From positions 9,078,466 to 9,142,465 of the forward strand of contig NC_057753.1 in the NCBI RefSeq assembly GCF_004010195.1: a stretch of 64,000 nucleotides of DNA. Reading direction: 5' to 3'. The translations under genes were made by a program, and so were the position numbers. Under the pieces are notes generated by a model. That model saw only the letters and a list, made by a program, of their open reading frames with translations, did no database searches and was not told the DNA's origin. Source of the stretch: Chiloscyllium plagiosum. Its lineage: Eukaryota. Shown one piece after another: positions 15,044-27,264 of this stretch; the first letter of the stretch is position 1; each line of letters opens with the position of its first letter.

Positions 15044-15329
15044 NNNNNNNNNNNNNNNNNNNNNNNNNNNNNNNNNNNNNNNNNNNNNNNNNNNNNNNNN
15101 NNNNNNNNNNNNNNNNNNNNNNNNNNNNNNNNNNNNNNNNNNNNNNNNNNNNNNNNNNNNNNNNNNNNNNNNNNNNNNNNNNNNNNNNNNNNNNNNNNNN
15201 NNNNNNNNNNNNNNNNNNNNNNNNNNNNNNNNNNNNNNNNNNNNNNNNNNNNNNNNNNNNNNNNNNNNNNNNNNNNNNNNNNNNNNNNNNNNNNNNNNNN
15301 NNNNNNNNNNNNNNNNNNNNNNNNNNNNN
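15044..15329. other. assembly gap (286 N)
   Basis: Run of N. Confidence 0.99.
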
Positions 15330-17281
15330 CTGCTCACACTGTTCCAGGGCTCGCTGCTCACTCTGTTCCAGGGTTCACTGCTTAAGATGATCCATGACTC
15401 GCTGCTCACACTGTTCCAGGGTTCACTGCTCACACTGTTACAGGGCTCGCAGTTCACACTGTTCCAAGGGCTCGTTCTGCTCACGGTTTTGTGCATCACC
15501 GCTTACACTGTTGCAGGGCTCACTGCCCATGTGTTTCCAAATCTCACTGCTCACACTGTTCCAGGGCTTGCTGATCACAGTGTTCGAGGGCTCACTGCTC
15601 ACGCTGTTCCAGGTCTCACTGTTCACACTGTTCCAGGGCTTGCTGCTCACTCTGTTCCAGAGCTCACTGTTTAATATGTTCCAGGTCTCAGTGCTCATGC
15701 TGTTCCAGGGCTCGCTGCTCATTCTGTTCCAGGGTTCACTGCTCACTCTGTTCCAGGGCTCACTGCTCACACTGTTCCAGGGCTCGCTGCCCACGCTGTT
15801 CCAGGGCTCGCTGCTCACTTTGTTCCAGGGCTCACTGCTCACACTGTTCCAGGGCTGACTGCTCAAGATGTTCCAGGGTTCACTTCTCGAACAGTTACAG
15901 GGCTCATTGCTCACACTGTTCCAGGGCTTATTGTTCACACTGTTCCAGGGCTCACTTCCGTCACTCTTCCAGAGTTCACTGGTCAAGATGTTCCAGGGTT
16001 CGCTGCTCAAACTTTTACAGGGCTCGCTGCTCACTCTATTTCAGGGCTTGCTGCTCACTCTGTTCCAAGGCACACTGCTCTCTCTGTTCCAGGGCTCGCT
16101 ACTCACACTGTTCCAAATCTCGCTGTTCACACTGTTTCAGGGCTCGCTGCTCACTCTGTTCCAGGACTCACTGCTCACGATGTTCCAGAGTTTGCTGCTC
16201 AAACTGTTCCAGGGCTTGCTGCTTACTCTGTTCCAGGGCTCACTGCTCAAGATGTTCCTGGTTTCACTGCACAAACAGTTACAGGGCTCGCTGCTCTCTC
16301 TGTTTCAGGGCACGCTGTCTAAACTGTTACAGGGCTCACTTCTCACACTGTTCCAGGGCTCACTGCTCACTATATTCCATGGCTCACTGCTCACACTGTC
16401 CCAGGGCTCATGGCTCACTGTGTTCCAGAGCTCAATGCACAAGATGTTCCAGTGTTCGCTGATCACTCTTTTCCAGGGCTCACTGCTCACACTGTTCCAG
16501 GGTTCAGTGCTAACTCTGTTCCAGGGCTCGCTGCTCACATTGTTCCAGGGATTGCTGCTCAAACTGTTACAGGGCTCGCTGCTCACTCTGCTCCAGGGCT
16601 CACTGCCCACACTGTTCCAGCGCTCGCTTCCCAAACTGTTTCAGGGCTCACTGCTCACTCTGTTCCAGGGCTCACTGCTCACACTTTTCCAGGGCTCACT
16701 GCTCACTCTGTTCCAGGGCTCGCTGCTCACTCTGTTTCAGGGCTCACTGCTCACTCTGTTCCAGGGCTCACTGCTCACACTTTTCCAGGGCTCACTGCTC
16801 ACTCTGTTCCAGGTCTCGCTGCTCACTCTGTTCCAGAGCTCACTACTCAAGATGTTACAGGGTTCGCTGCTCAAACTTTTGCAGGGTTCACTGCTCACTC
16901 TGTTCCAGGGCTCACTGCTCAGACTGTTCCAGGGATCACTGCTTCAGATGTTCCAGGCTTCGCTGCTCAAACTGTTACAGGGCTCGCTGCTCACTCTGCT
17001 CCAGGGCTCACTGCCCACACTGTTCCAGCGCTCGCTTCCCAAACTGTTTCAGTGCTCACTGCTCACTCTGTTCCAGGGCTCACTGCTCAGACTGTTCCAG
17101 GGATCACTGCTTCAGATGTTCCAGGCTTCGCTGCTCAAACTGTTACAGGGCTCGCTGCTCACTCTGTTCCAGGGCTCACTGCTCAGACTGTTCCAGGGAT
17201 CACTGCTTCAGATGTTCCAGGCTTCGCTGCTCAAACTGTTACAGGGCTCGCTGCTCACTCTGTTCCAGGGCTCACTGCTCA

Positions 17282-18081
17282 NNNNNNNNNNNNNNNNNNN
17301 NNNNNNNNNNNNNNNNNNNNNNNNNNNNNNNNNNNNNNNNNNNNNNNNNNNNNNNNNNNNNNNNNNNNNNNNNNNNNNNNNNNNNNNNNNNNNNNNNNNN
17401 NNNNNNNNNNNNNNNNNNNNNNNNNNNNNNNNNNNNNNNNNNNNNNNNNNNNNNNNNNNNNNNNNNNNNNNNNNNNNNNNNNNNNNNNNNNNNNNNNNNN
17501 NNNNNNNNNNNNNNNNNNNNNNNNNNNNNNNNNNNNNNNNNNNNNNNNNNNNNNNNNNNNNNNNNNNNNNNNNNNNNNNNNNNNNNNNNNNNNNNNNNNN
17601 NNNNNNNNNNNNNNNNNNNNNNNNNNNNNNNNNNNNNNNNNNNNNNNNNNNNNNNNNNNNNNNNNNNNNNNNNNNNNNNNNNNNNNNNNNNNNNNNNNNN
17701 NNNNNNNNNNNNNNNNNNNNNNNNNNNNNNNNNNNNNNNNNNNNNNNNNNNNNNNNNNNNNNNNNNNNNNNNNNNNNNNNNNNNNNNNNNNNNNNNNNNN
17801 NNNNNNNNNNNNNNNNNNNNNNNNNNNNNNNNNNNNNNNNNNNNNNNNNNNNNNNNNNNNNNNNNNNNNNNNNNNNNNNNNNNNNNNNNNNNNNNNNNNN
17901 NNNNNNNNNNNNNNNNNNNNNNNNNNNNNNNNNNNNNNNNNNNNNNNNNNNNNNNNNNNNNNNNNNNNNNNNNNNNNNNNNNNNNNNNNNNNNNNNNNNN
18001 NNNNNNNNNNNNNNNNNNNNNNNNNNNNNNNNNNNNNNNNNNNNNNNNNNNNNNNNNNNNNNNNNNNNNNNNNNNNNNNNN
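17282..18081. other. assembly gap (800 N)
   Basis: Run of N. Confidence 0.99.
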
Positions 18082-21000
18082 CTGTTCCAGGGCTCGCTGC
18101 TCACTCTGTTCCTGTGCTCGCTGCTCACTCTGTTCCAGGGTTCACTGCTTAAGATGATCCATGACTCGCTGCTCACACTGTTCCAGGGTTCACTGCTCAC
18201 ACTGTTACAGGGCTCGCAGTTCACACTGTTCCAAGGGCTCGTTCTGCTCACGGTTTTGTGCATCACCGCTTACACTGTTGCAGGGCTCACTGCTCATGTG
18301 TTTCCAAATCTCACTGCTCACACTGTTCCAGGGCTTGCTGATCACAGTGTTCGAGGGCTCACTGCTCACACTGTTCCAGGTCTCTCTTCTCACACTGTTA
18401 CAGGGGTTACTGCTCAAATGCTCCAAGATTCACTGCTCACACTGTTCCAGGGCTCGCTACTCACACTGCTCCAGGGCTCACTGCTTATGCTGGAACAGGG
18501 CTCATTGCTCATACTGTGCCAGGGCTCGCTGTTCACACTGGTTCAAGGCTCAGTGCTCACAATTTTCCAGGCCTCACTGCTCACATTGTTCCAGGGCTGA
18601 ATGCTCACAATGTTCCAAGGCTTCCTGCTCACACTGTTCCAGGGCTCGCTGCTCAAGATTTTCCGGGTTTTGCTGCTCAGACTGTTCCAGAGCTCACTGC
18701 TCACACTTTTCCAGGACTCACTGCTCACGCTGTTCCAGGGCTCGCTGCTCACTCTGTTCCTGTGCTCGCTGCTCACTCTGTTCCAGGGCTCGCTTATCAA
18801 ACTGTTCCAGAGCTCCCTGCACACGCTGTTCCAGGGCTCATTGCTCACTCTGCTCCAGGGCTCACTGTTCACTCTGTTCCAGAGCTCACTGCTCAAGATG
18901 CTCCAGGGTTCGCTGCTCAAACTGTTACAGGGCTCGCTGCTCACTCTGTTCCAGGGCTCACTGTTCACACTGTTCCAGGGCTTACTGTTCACACTTTTCC
19001 AGGGCTCAGTGCTCACTGTTCCAGGGCTTACTGCTTAAGGTGTTCCTGGGACCACTGCTCAAATAGTTACACGGCTCACTGCTCACACTGTTTCAGGGCT
19101 CGCTGTCCAAACTGCTACAAGGCTCCCAGCTCACACTGTTCCAGGGCTCACAGCTCACAGTATTCCATGGCTGACTGCTCACATTGTTCTAGGTCACACT
19201 GCCCAAACTGTCCCAGGGCTTGCTGCTCACTCTGTTCCAGGACGCATTGCTCACACTGTTTCATTGGCTCGTTACTCTCATTGATTTGTGGATCACTGCT
19301 CACTCTGTTACCGGTCTCGCTGCTCACTCTGTTCCAGGGCTCACTGCTTACACTATTCCAGGGCTCACAGCTCACACTGTTCCTAGGGCTCGTTCTGCTC
19401 ACAATTTTGTGCATTACTGCTCACTCTGTTCCAGGTCTTACTTCTCATACTGTTACAGGGCTCTCTGGCCACAATGTTCCAGGGCTCGCTACTCACACTG
19501 TTCCAGGGCTCACTGCTCATTCTGATCCAGGGCTCGCTGCACATGCTGTTCCAGAGCTCGCTGCACACACTGCTCCAGGGCTCACTGCTCACTCTGTTCC
19601 AGGGCTCACTGCTCAAGATGTTACAGGTCTCGCTGCTCACTCTGTTCCAGGTCTCACTGCTCACACTTTTCCAGGGTTCAGTGCTCACTCTGTTCCAGGT
19701 CTCGCTGCTCACTCTGTTCCAGGTCTCGCTGCTCAAGATGTTCCCGAGTTTGCTGCTCACTTTGTTCCAGGGCTCACTGCTCAGACTGTTCCAGGGCTCA
19801 GTGCTCAAGATGTTCCTGGGTTTGCTGCTCAAACAGTTACAGGGCTTGCTGCTCACACTGTTTCATGGCTCACTGTCCAAATTGTTACAGGGCTCACTGC
19901 TCACAATATTCCATGGCTTGCTGCTCACTCTGTTCCAGGGCTCACTGCTCACACTGTTCCAGGGCTCAGTGCTCACTCTGTTCCAGGGCTCGCTGCTCAA
20001 GATGTTCCAGGGTTCGCTGCTCAAAGCTTTATAGTGCTCACTGCTCACTCTGTTTCAGGGCTCGCTACTCACGATGTTCCAGGGTTCACTACTCAAGATA
20101 CTCCAGGGTTCACTGGTCAAACTGTTACAGGGTTCGCTGCTTGCTATGTTCCAGGTCTCAGTGTTCATGCTGTTCCAGGGTTCGCTGCTCAAACTCTTCC
20201 AGAGCTCGCTTCCCAAACTGTTCCAGGACTCACTGCTCAAGATGTTCCATGGTTCGTTGCTCAAGATGTTTCAGGGCTCACTGCTCACGCTGTTCCAGGT
20301 CTCAGCGCTCATGCTGATCCAGGGCTCACTGCTCACTCTGTTCCAGGGCTCACTGCTCAAGATGTTCCAGGCCACATTTCTCAAACTGTTACAGAGCTCG
20401 CTGCTCACTCTGTTCCAGGGATCACTGCTCACACTGTTACAGGGCTTGCAGCTCACACTGTTCCAAGGGCTCGTTCTGCTTACAATTTTGTGCATCACTG
20501 CGTACACTGTTGCAGAGCTCACTGCCCATGTGTTTCCAAATCTCACTGCTCACTCTGTTCCAGGGCTCTCTGCTCACACCGTTCCAGGTTTCACTGCTCA
20601 CACTGTTCCAGGGCCTCACTATTCACACTGTTCCAGGGCTCACTGCTCATGCTGGTACAGGGCTCATTGCTCATATTGTTCCAGGGCTCGCTGCTCACAC
20701 TGGTTCAAGGCTCGGTGCTCACAATTTTCCAGGCCTCACTGCTCACCCTGTTTCAGGGCTGAATGCTCACACTGTTCCATGGTTTTCTGCTCACACTGTT
20801 CCAGGGTTCACTGCTCACTTTGATCCAGACTCACTGCTCACACTGTTCCAGGGTTCGCTGCTCAAACTGTTACAGGGATCGCTGCTCAAACTGTTACAGG
20901 GCTCGCTGTTCATGCTGTTCAAGGCCTGAGTGCTCACACTGTTCCAGTGATCGCTGCTCACTTTGTTCCAGGGCTCATTGCTCACTCTGTTCCAGGGCTC

Positions 21001-23198
21001 ACTGCTCAGACAGTTCCAGGGGTCTCTGTTCAAACTGTTACAGGGCTCACTGCTCACCCTGTTCCAGGGCTCACTGTTCACAGTGCTCCAGGGCTCAATG
21101 CTCACACTCTTCCAGTGTTCACTGGTCAAGATGTTCCAGTGTTCGCTGCTCAAACTGTTACAGGGCTCGCTGCTCAAACTGTTTCAGGTCTCAGTGCTCA
21201 CACTGTTTCAGTGCGTGCTGTCCAAACTGTTACAGGGCTCACTGCTCACACTGTTACAGTGCTCACTGCTCACAATGTTCCAAGACTCACTGCTCTCTCT
21301 GTTCAAGGGCTCGCAGCTCACACTGTTCCAGGGCTCGCAGTTCATACTGTTCCAAGGCTCACTGCTCTCTCTGTTCAAGGGCTCGCTGCTCACACTGTTC
21401 CAAGGTCTTATCCCGCTCACAATTCTGTGCATCACTGCTTACACTGTTCCAGGGCTCACTGCCCATGTGTTTCCAAATCTCACTGCTCACTCTGTTCCAG
21501 GGTTCGCTGATCAAACTGTTCCAGGGCTCGCTGCTCACACTGATCCAGGGCTGAATGCTCACACTGTTCCAGGGTTCACTGCTCACACTGTTCCAGGACG
21601 CATTGCTCACACTGTTTCATTGGCTCGTTACTCTCATTGTTTTGTGGATCACTGCTCACTCTGATCCAGGGCTCACTGCTCAGACTGTTCCAGGGATCAC
21701 TGCTTAAGATGTTCCAGGGTTCACTGCTCAAACTGTTACAGGACTCGCTGCTCACTCAGTTCCAGGCCTCACTGCTCACACTGTTCCAGGGCTTGCAGCT
21801 CACACTGTTCCAACGGCTCATTCTGCTCACAATTTTGTGCATCACTGCTTACACTGTTCAGGGCTCACTGCCCATGTGTTTCCAAATCTCACTGCTCACA
21901 CTGTTCCAGGGCTCACAGCTCACGCTGTTCCTAGGCTCACTGCTCACAGTGTTTCAGGACTCACTGTTCCAGGGCTTGCTGCTCACACTGTTCCAGGATG
22001 CGTTGCTTGCACTGTCTCATTGGCTCGTTACTCTCATTGTTTTGTGGATCACTGCTCACTCTGTAACAGGGCTCGCTGCTACCTCTTTTCCAGGGCTCAC
22101 TGCTCAGACTGTTCCAGGGATCACTGCTTAAGATGTTCTAGGGTTCACTGCTCAAACTGTTACAGAGCTCGCTGCTCACTCTGTCCCAGGGCTCACTGCT
22201 CACACTGTTGCAGGGATCACAGCTCACACTGTTCCAAGGGCTCCTTCTGCTCACAATTTTGTGCATCACTTCTTACACTGTTCCAGGGCCCACTGCTCAT
22301 GTGTTTCCAAATCTCTCTGCTCACTCTGTTCCAGGGCTCGCTGATCGCACTGTTCTAGGGCTCGCTGGTCACACTGTTCCAGGTCTCACTTCTCACACTG
22401 TTACAGGTCTCACTGCCCACAGTGTTCCAGTGTTCACTGCTCACACTGTTCCAGAGTTTAAAACTCACACTGTTCCAGGGCTCACAGCTCATGCTGGTAC
22501 AGGGCTCGTTGCTCATACTGTTCCAGGGCTCGCTACTCACATTGGTTCAAGGCTCGGTGCTCACAATTTTCCAGGCCTCACTGCTCACTCTGTTCCAGGG
22601 CATAATGCTCACACTGTTCCATGGCTTTCTGCTCACACTGTTCCAGGGCTCAGTGCTCACATTGTTCCAGGGTTCACTGTTCCAGGGCTCAGTGCTCACA
22701 CTGTTCCAGGGCTTGCTGCACATGCTGTTCCAGGGCTCGCTGCACATGCTGTTCCAGGACTCGCTGCACATGCTGTTCCAGGGCTGACTGCTCACACTGT
22801 TCCAGGGCTTGCCGCACACGCTGCTCCATGGCTCACTGCTCACACTGTTCCAGGGCTCACTGCTCAAACTGTTCCAGGGTTCACTGCTCACACTGTTCCA
22901 GGGTTCGCTGCTCAAACTGTTACAGGTCTCAGCTCACACTGTTCCAGGGTTCGCTGCTCACACTGTTCCAGGGCTCGCTGTCCAAACTGTTCCAGGGCTC
23001 ACTGCTCACACTGTTCCAGCGTTTGCTGCTCAAACTGTTACAGGTCTCACAGCTCACACTGTTCCAATGGCTCGTTCTGCTCACACTTTTGTGCATCATT
23101 GGTTAAACAGTTCCAGGCCTCACTGCTCACACTGTTCCCGGGTTCACTGCACATGCTGTTCCAGGGCTCACTGCTCACACTGTTCCAGGCCTCACTGC

Positions 23199-23698
23199 NN
23201 NNNNNNNNNNNNNNNNNNNNNNNNNNNNNNNNNNNNNNNNNNNNNNNNNNNNNNNNNNNNNNNNNNNNNNNNNNNNNNNNNNNNNNNNNNNNNNNNNNNN
23301 NNNNNNNNNNNNNNNNNNNNNNNNNNNNNNNNNNNNNNNNNNNNNNNNNNNNNNNNNNNNNNNNNNNNNNNNNNNNNNNNNNNNNNNNNNNNNNNNNNNN
23401 NNNNNNNNNNNNNNNNNNNNNNNNNNNNNNNNNNNNNNNNNNNNNNNNNNNNNNNNNNNNNNNNNNNNNNNNNNNNNNNNNNNNNNNNNNNNNNNNNNNN
23501 NNNNNNNNNNNNNNNNNNNNNNNNNNNNNNNNNNNNNNNNNNNNNNNNNNNNNNNNNNNNNNNNNNNNNNNNNNNNNNNNNNNNNNNNNNNNNNNNNNNN
23601 NNNNNNNNNNNNNNNNNNNNNNNNNNNNNNNNNNNNNNNNNNNNNNNNNNNNNNNNNNNNNNNNNNNNNNNNNNNNNNNNNNNNNNNNNNNNNNNNNN
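23199..23698. other. assembly gap (500 N) hiding the satellite/unique-sequence junction
   Basis: Run of N. Confidence 0.99.
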
Positions 23699-24130
23699 TA
23701 TTCAAGAATTCTTGGATGGAGTAAATGCAGTGGCGTGAATCTTCGACTTGGTGGTTTAGTCTTCAGTGGAGGTCTTTGTCTAGTCTATATATTGGTGTTC
23801 CAAGTGGTGAGACTATGGCTTGAGGGGGGCTCCTGGTTTGAAGAGGAGGAGAACAGCAACAAAGTGCCATTCCAAGATGTCACAGTAGAGCGAACAGTCA
23901 ATGGGGAACTTCAAACTAGCGTCGACAGGAAAACAGCACGCAGAAACCAAGTACTTAACCACCGAAGCAATCATCCCAACACCCACAAACGAAGCTGCAT
24001 CAGGACATTATTTCAACGAGCCACTACACACTGCAGCACAGAGAAACTACGAAGAGCAGAAGAGAAAGGCGGATATAGTGTATTGAAGAAGAACGGGTAC
24101 CCAATAAACCCAGTCCACCGATTTCTCATT
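23699..24130 (+). mobile_element. Penelope-like retroelement fragment (RT C-terminal/thumb region) preceded by an inverted piece
   Basis: Translation PFQDVTVERTVNGELQTSVDRKTARRNQVLNHRSNHPNTHKRSCIRTLFQRATTHCS matches the PFLD..YRK..SNHP motif typical of Penelope RTs. Confidence 0.8.
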
Positions 24131-24354
24131 GATGATTCCAAGCTGAGTCTCAAAAATTCAGTTTGTCCTTCCATTCTTTCCTATTTTATTTTGTGATTTT
24201 TGAAAACTTTCCCAATCCTCTGACTGAGTGTTGGAGTTGGGAAGTTATGTTGTGACTGTACAGGGCATTGGAATATTGTGGAATACTTTTGGAATATTGT
24301 GTGCAATTCTGGTCTCCCTCCGATCAGAAGGATATTGTGAAATTTGAAAGGGTT

Positions 24355-24764
24355 CTGAAGCACCAATGGGTCCACAGAGGGGAGAGGCCCTTCTGCTGCC
24401 CTAAGTGCGGGAAGGCCTTTAGTGATTCCTCTGCCCTGCTGATGGACCAGTTGGTCCACGCCGGGGAAGGCTGTTCTCCTGCCCTGATTGTGAGATTGCC
24501 TTCAGCAGTTCTTCCCACCTGCTGAGACACTAGTGGGTCAACGACGAGGAGAGACCGTTCTTCTGCCCCGAGTACAGGAAGGGATTCGCTCTTTCCTCTG
24601 ACATGCTGGCCCACTGGTGGGTCCACATGGGCGAGAGGTCGTTCAGTTGCCCTAAGTGAAGGAATGCCTTCAGCAATTCCTCAGCCCTGCTGAACCACCA
24701 GTCCGTGGAGAAGCCATTTTCCTGCCCCGAGTGCGGGAAGGGCTTTACCCGCTCCTCCGCCCTG
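24355..24764 (+). pseudogene. C2H2 zinc-finger array pseudogene fragment
   Basis: [23 protein letters not shown] and [19 protein letters not shown]; stops and frameshifts between fingers; the 5' side is fused to a CR1 fragment; ends at the gap 24765-24781. Confidence 0.88.
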
Positions 24765-24861
24765 NNNNNNNNNNNNNNNNNAGTAGGTGAGCTGTTTTTG
24801 TATTCTGCTGGACTGCAATTGCCTCCCCCACCCCCCACAACGACAACCTCACGGTGGCTCA

Positions 24862-25050
24862 GGGGCGTCACGGTGACTCAGTGCTTAGCACTGTTGCCTC
24901 ATGGCACCAGGAACCCAGGATGAATTCCACCCTTGGGGGTCTGTGGGCAGTTTGTGGAGGATAGGAAAATGGATCTGACTGGGTTACTCTTCGGAGGATC
25001 AGTACAGATGTGTTGGGCTGAAGGATCTGTTTCCTCACTGTAGGAGTTCT
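24862..25050 (+). mobile_element. tRNA-derived SINE (HE1-like), internally deleted
   Basis: Head CACGGTGACTCAGTGCTTAGCACTGTTGCCTCA (A-box-like) and a CR1-type tail GGGCTGAAGGATCTGTTTCC. Confidence 0.7.
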
Positions 25051-25221
25051 ACGATCCTATGAGCTTTGCTTTCAGTGGACACGGCTGCTCATTGAGCCCG
25101 AGACTGCACATTGACAATGAAATGATCCATTGAAACCTAAGACCGCAAGATCATCGGAGCAGAAGTTAGGCCATTCGGCCCGTCGAGTCTACTCTGCCAT
25201 TCGTTAGAGTAAAAAAATTGC

Positions 25222-25512
25222 AGATGAGATTCGCTACAGTGTGGAAACAGGCCATTTGCCCCGACAAGTCCACACCGACCCTCTGAAGAGGAACGCACCC
25301 AGACCCATTTCCCTCTGACTAATGCACCTAACTCTATGGGCAATTAAGCATGGCCAATCCACATGACCTGCACATCTTTGGACAGGACCACCCAGAGAAA
25401 ACCCACGCAGACACTGGGAGAATGTGCAAACTCCTCACAGACAGTCACCCAAGGCTGGAATCAAACCTAGGTACCTGGCACTATGAGGCTGCAGTGGAAA
25501 CCACTGAGCCAC
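25222..25512 (-). mobile_element. tRNA-derived SINE (HE1-like)
   Basis: Reverse complement matches the SINE at 34547-34827 (GTGGCTCAGTGGTT head, TTTGCACATT, GGTGCATTAGTCAG, TGTTTCCACACTGTAG tail). Confidence 0.85.
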
Positions 25513-25639
25513 TACATGTTGCAACCCGAAGTAGGCAAGCAGGAGGTTGGGAGAATACAGCAAGCCAGGCAGCACCAGGATGTGGAGTAGTCAGCGTTTT
25601 GGTTATTAACCCTTCTTCAGGACGGAAAAGTTGACTTCT

Positions 25640-26035
25640 CTATGAGAAACGATTTACAGGAATGTTGGTGGGGGTTGGAGGATTTGAGCTACAGAGAGAG
25701 GCTGAATAGACTGGGGCTGTTTTCACTGCAGCATCGGAGGCAGGGGAATGACCTAATAGAGGTTACAAATTCATGAGAGGCATGGACAGGGTAATAGAGA
25801 AGGTGTTTTCCCTGGGATGGGGCAGTCCAGAACTAGAGGGCATAGGTGTAGGGTGAGAGGCGAAATATATTAAAGGGACAACTTCTTCATGCAGGGGGTT
25901 ACATATATGAAATGAGCTGCCACAGGATATGGGTCAGGTGCTGTCAAATGTGACAAGATAAATTTAGGATTTCAGGTCAGCATGGACAAGTTGGACCGAA
26001 GGGTCTGTTTCCATGCTGAATATCTCTCTGACTAC
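25640..26035 (+). mobile_element. CR1-clade LINE 3' end fragment
   Basis: LSYRERLNRLGLFSL..R.RG.LIEV motif and the 3' tail GGACCGAAGGGTCTGTTTCCATGCTG..TCTCT.TGACT. Confidence 0.85.
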
Positions 26036-26433
26036 TAGTCCTGATGTAAGTTTAAAATAGTGTCCGAGTAACTTTGAATAGTTCAATCTTGTTGAGCTCA
26101 CCTCCTCAAATATTTCAAATGAATCCCTCCGAGCGATACTGTTTAAACATTGCGAGTTGGACAAAGTATCCCATCAAGTTCAACACAAACCCAGAGTTGA
26201 AGAAGTCAGAAGTCACACGATACCAAGGGGACCAAAACTCATCACAATATTCCAGGTGCAGCCTCATCAACGTCCTGTATAACTACAATATAGATTCCCA
26301 ACATCTATCTCAATTCCCTGACTGATGAAGATTAGTGTGCATAAACCTTTCATCACTGCCTTGTGTAGCGATTTTATCAGAGACATTGGATCTACTTTAA
26401 AGTGATCCACAATCCAGCTGCTGCGAGCACCGA

Positions 26434-26505
26434 AGCAGAGTAGTACAGCATGAGTGTGCTGGGCACATAACCCAGACGTCGATGGGTCAAAACCATATGA
26501 TGCTA
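26434..26505 (+). pseudogene. tRNA-iMet(CAT) pseudogene
   Basis: 72 nt colinear with vertebrate initiator tRNA (AGCAGAG...GTGCTGGGCACATAACCCAGA.GTCGATGG..C.AAACCAT....TGCTA); acceptor stem and A/B boxes are mutated. Confidence 0.85.
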
Positions 26506-27264
26506 TTGCTCAATGTCTCCGTAAGCTGCTTTCCGTGGCAAAGGTGCTGTGTTCTGTATCTTGCCTTTGCATCTGCTTCCCAAAGCTTCTCCAGTGGAGG
26601 AGTGGCAGTGGCAGCTGGATCCCAGGAGCTCAACAACCCCCTGGAGCTAGAGGAAGGTCCGAGCTCCAAGAAGCGGGGTGTAAGGCTGGAGGTTGGATTT
26701 GCTCAAGGCTTGTATCTATGAACTTATTTAAATTGTATCTAGTGTATGAGGCTATGGTTTACATTAAGACCAGAGGTTCATGTCAGAGTGTTTGTTTATA
26801 TTTAGCAGTTGTAGTTCGTAAAATACACTCCCTGGAGGAGCACCTTCTATGATGCTGCATTTCTTACCTTCTGCCCTTCCCCCATTTGTTATCTCCCATC
26901 TTGATTTTATATTTTTTTGGTCAAATTTCATTTCATATTAATCAGACTTGGTATTAACTGTGTGCTATTAATTTGTTTGTTCGAATATTGTAAGTCAAAA
27001 TGAATGGTGTAATTTCATTTCTGATGTCAGAGTTTAACATTGAATGTGCAGGTGTGAATACCAGTAAGTTGTGAAAATAAATCAATAACTTGTGATTTTA
27101 TAGCAAAAAGAGGAGTTCACCGCAATCAATGGCATTGTCTCATTTGAAGGTGATGAGTTGAGCCTGACCAACAAACCAGTCACCCAATTTAATTAAAATT
27201 TTCTTTAACTTAATTGAAGATAATAACTCTGGCATGCTAAAATATATACAATTTGTTTATAAGA

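Larger units (their letters stand above)
1..23198. repeat. 24-bp tandem satellite array, consensus CTGTTCCAGGGCTCACTGCTCACA, diverged monomers with higher-order blocks; open at the left window edge and ending at a gap
   Basis: Continuous 24-nt periodicity. ORF translations show 8-aa repeats (GLTAHTVP, QGSLLTLF, RAHCSHCS; SEPWNSVS on the minus strand). Interrupted by N gaps at 15044-15329 and 17282-18081. Confidence 0.97.

Noticed and set aside
15330..18370. Nearly identical ~270-bp sequences right after two successive gaps
   Set aside because: Could be real HOR copies, but equally repeat misplacement by the assembler; this cannot be resolved without reads.
31..23198. Dozens of long ORFs (up to 910 aa) with Leu-rich, Cys/His-rich or mucin-like 8-aa repeats
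   Set aside because: They result from a stop-free 24-bp monomer. Overlapping frames are equally open, frames switch at indels, several ORFs run through N gaps, and there is no unique domain.
1..23198. CRISPR-like array
   Set aside because: Monomers are contiguous with no unique spacers, there are no cas genes, and the context is eukaryotic.
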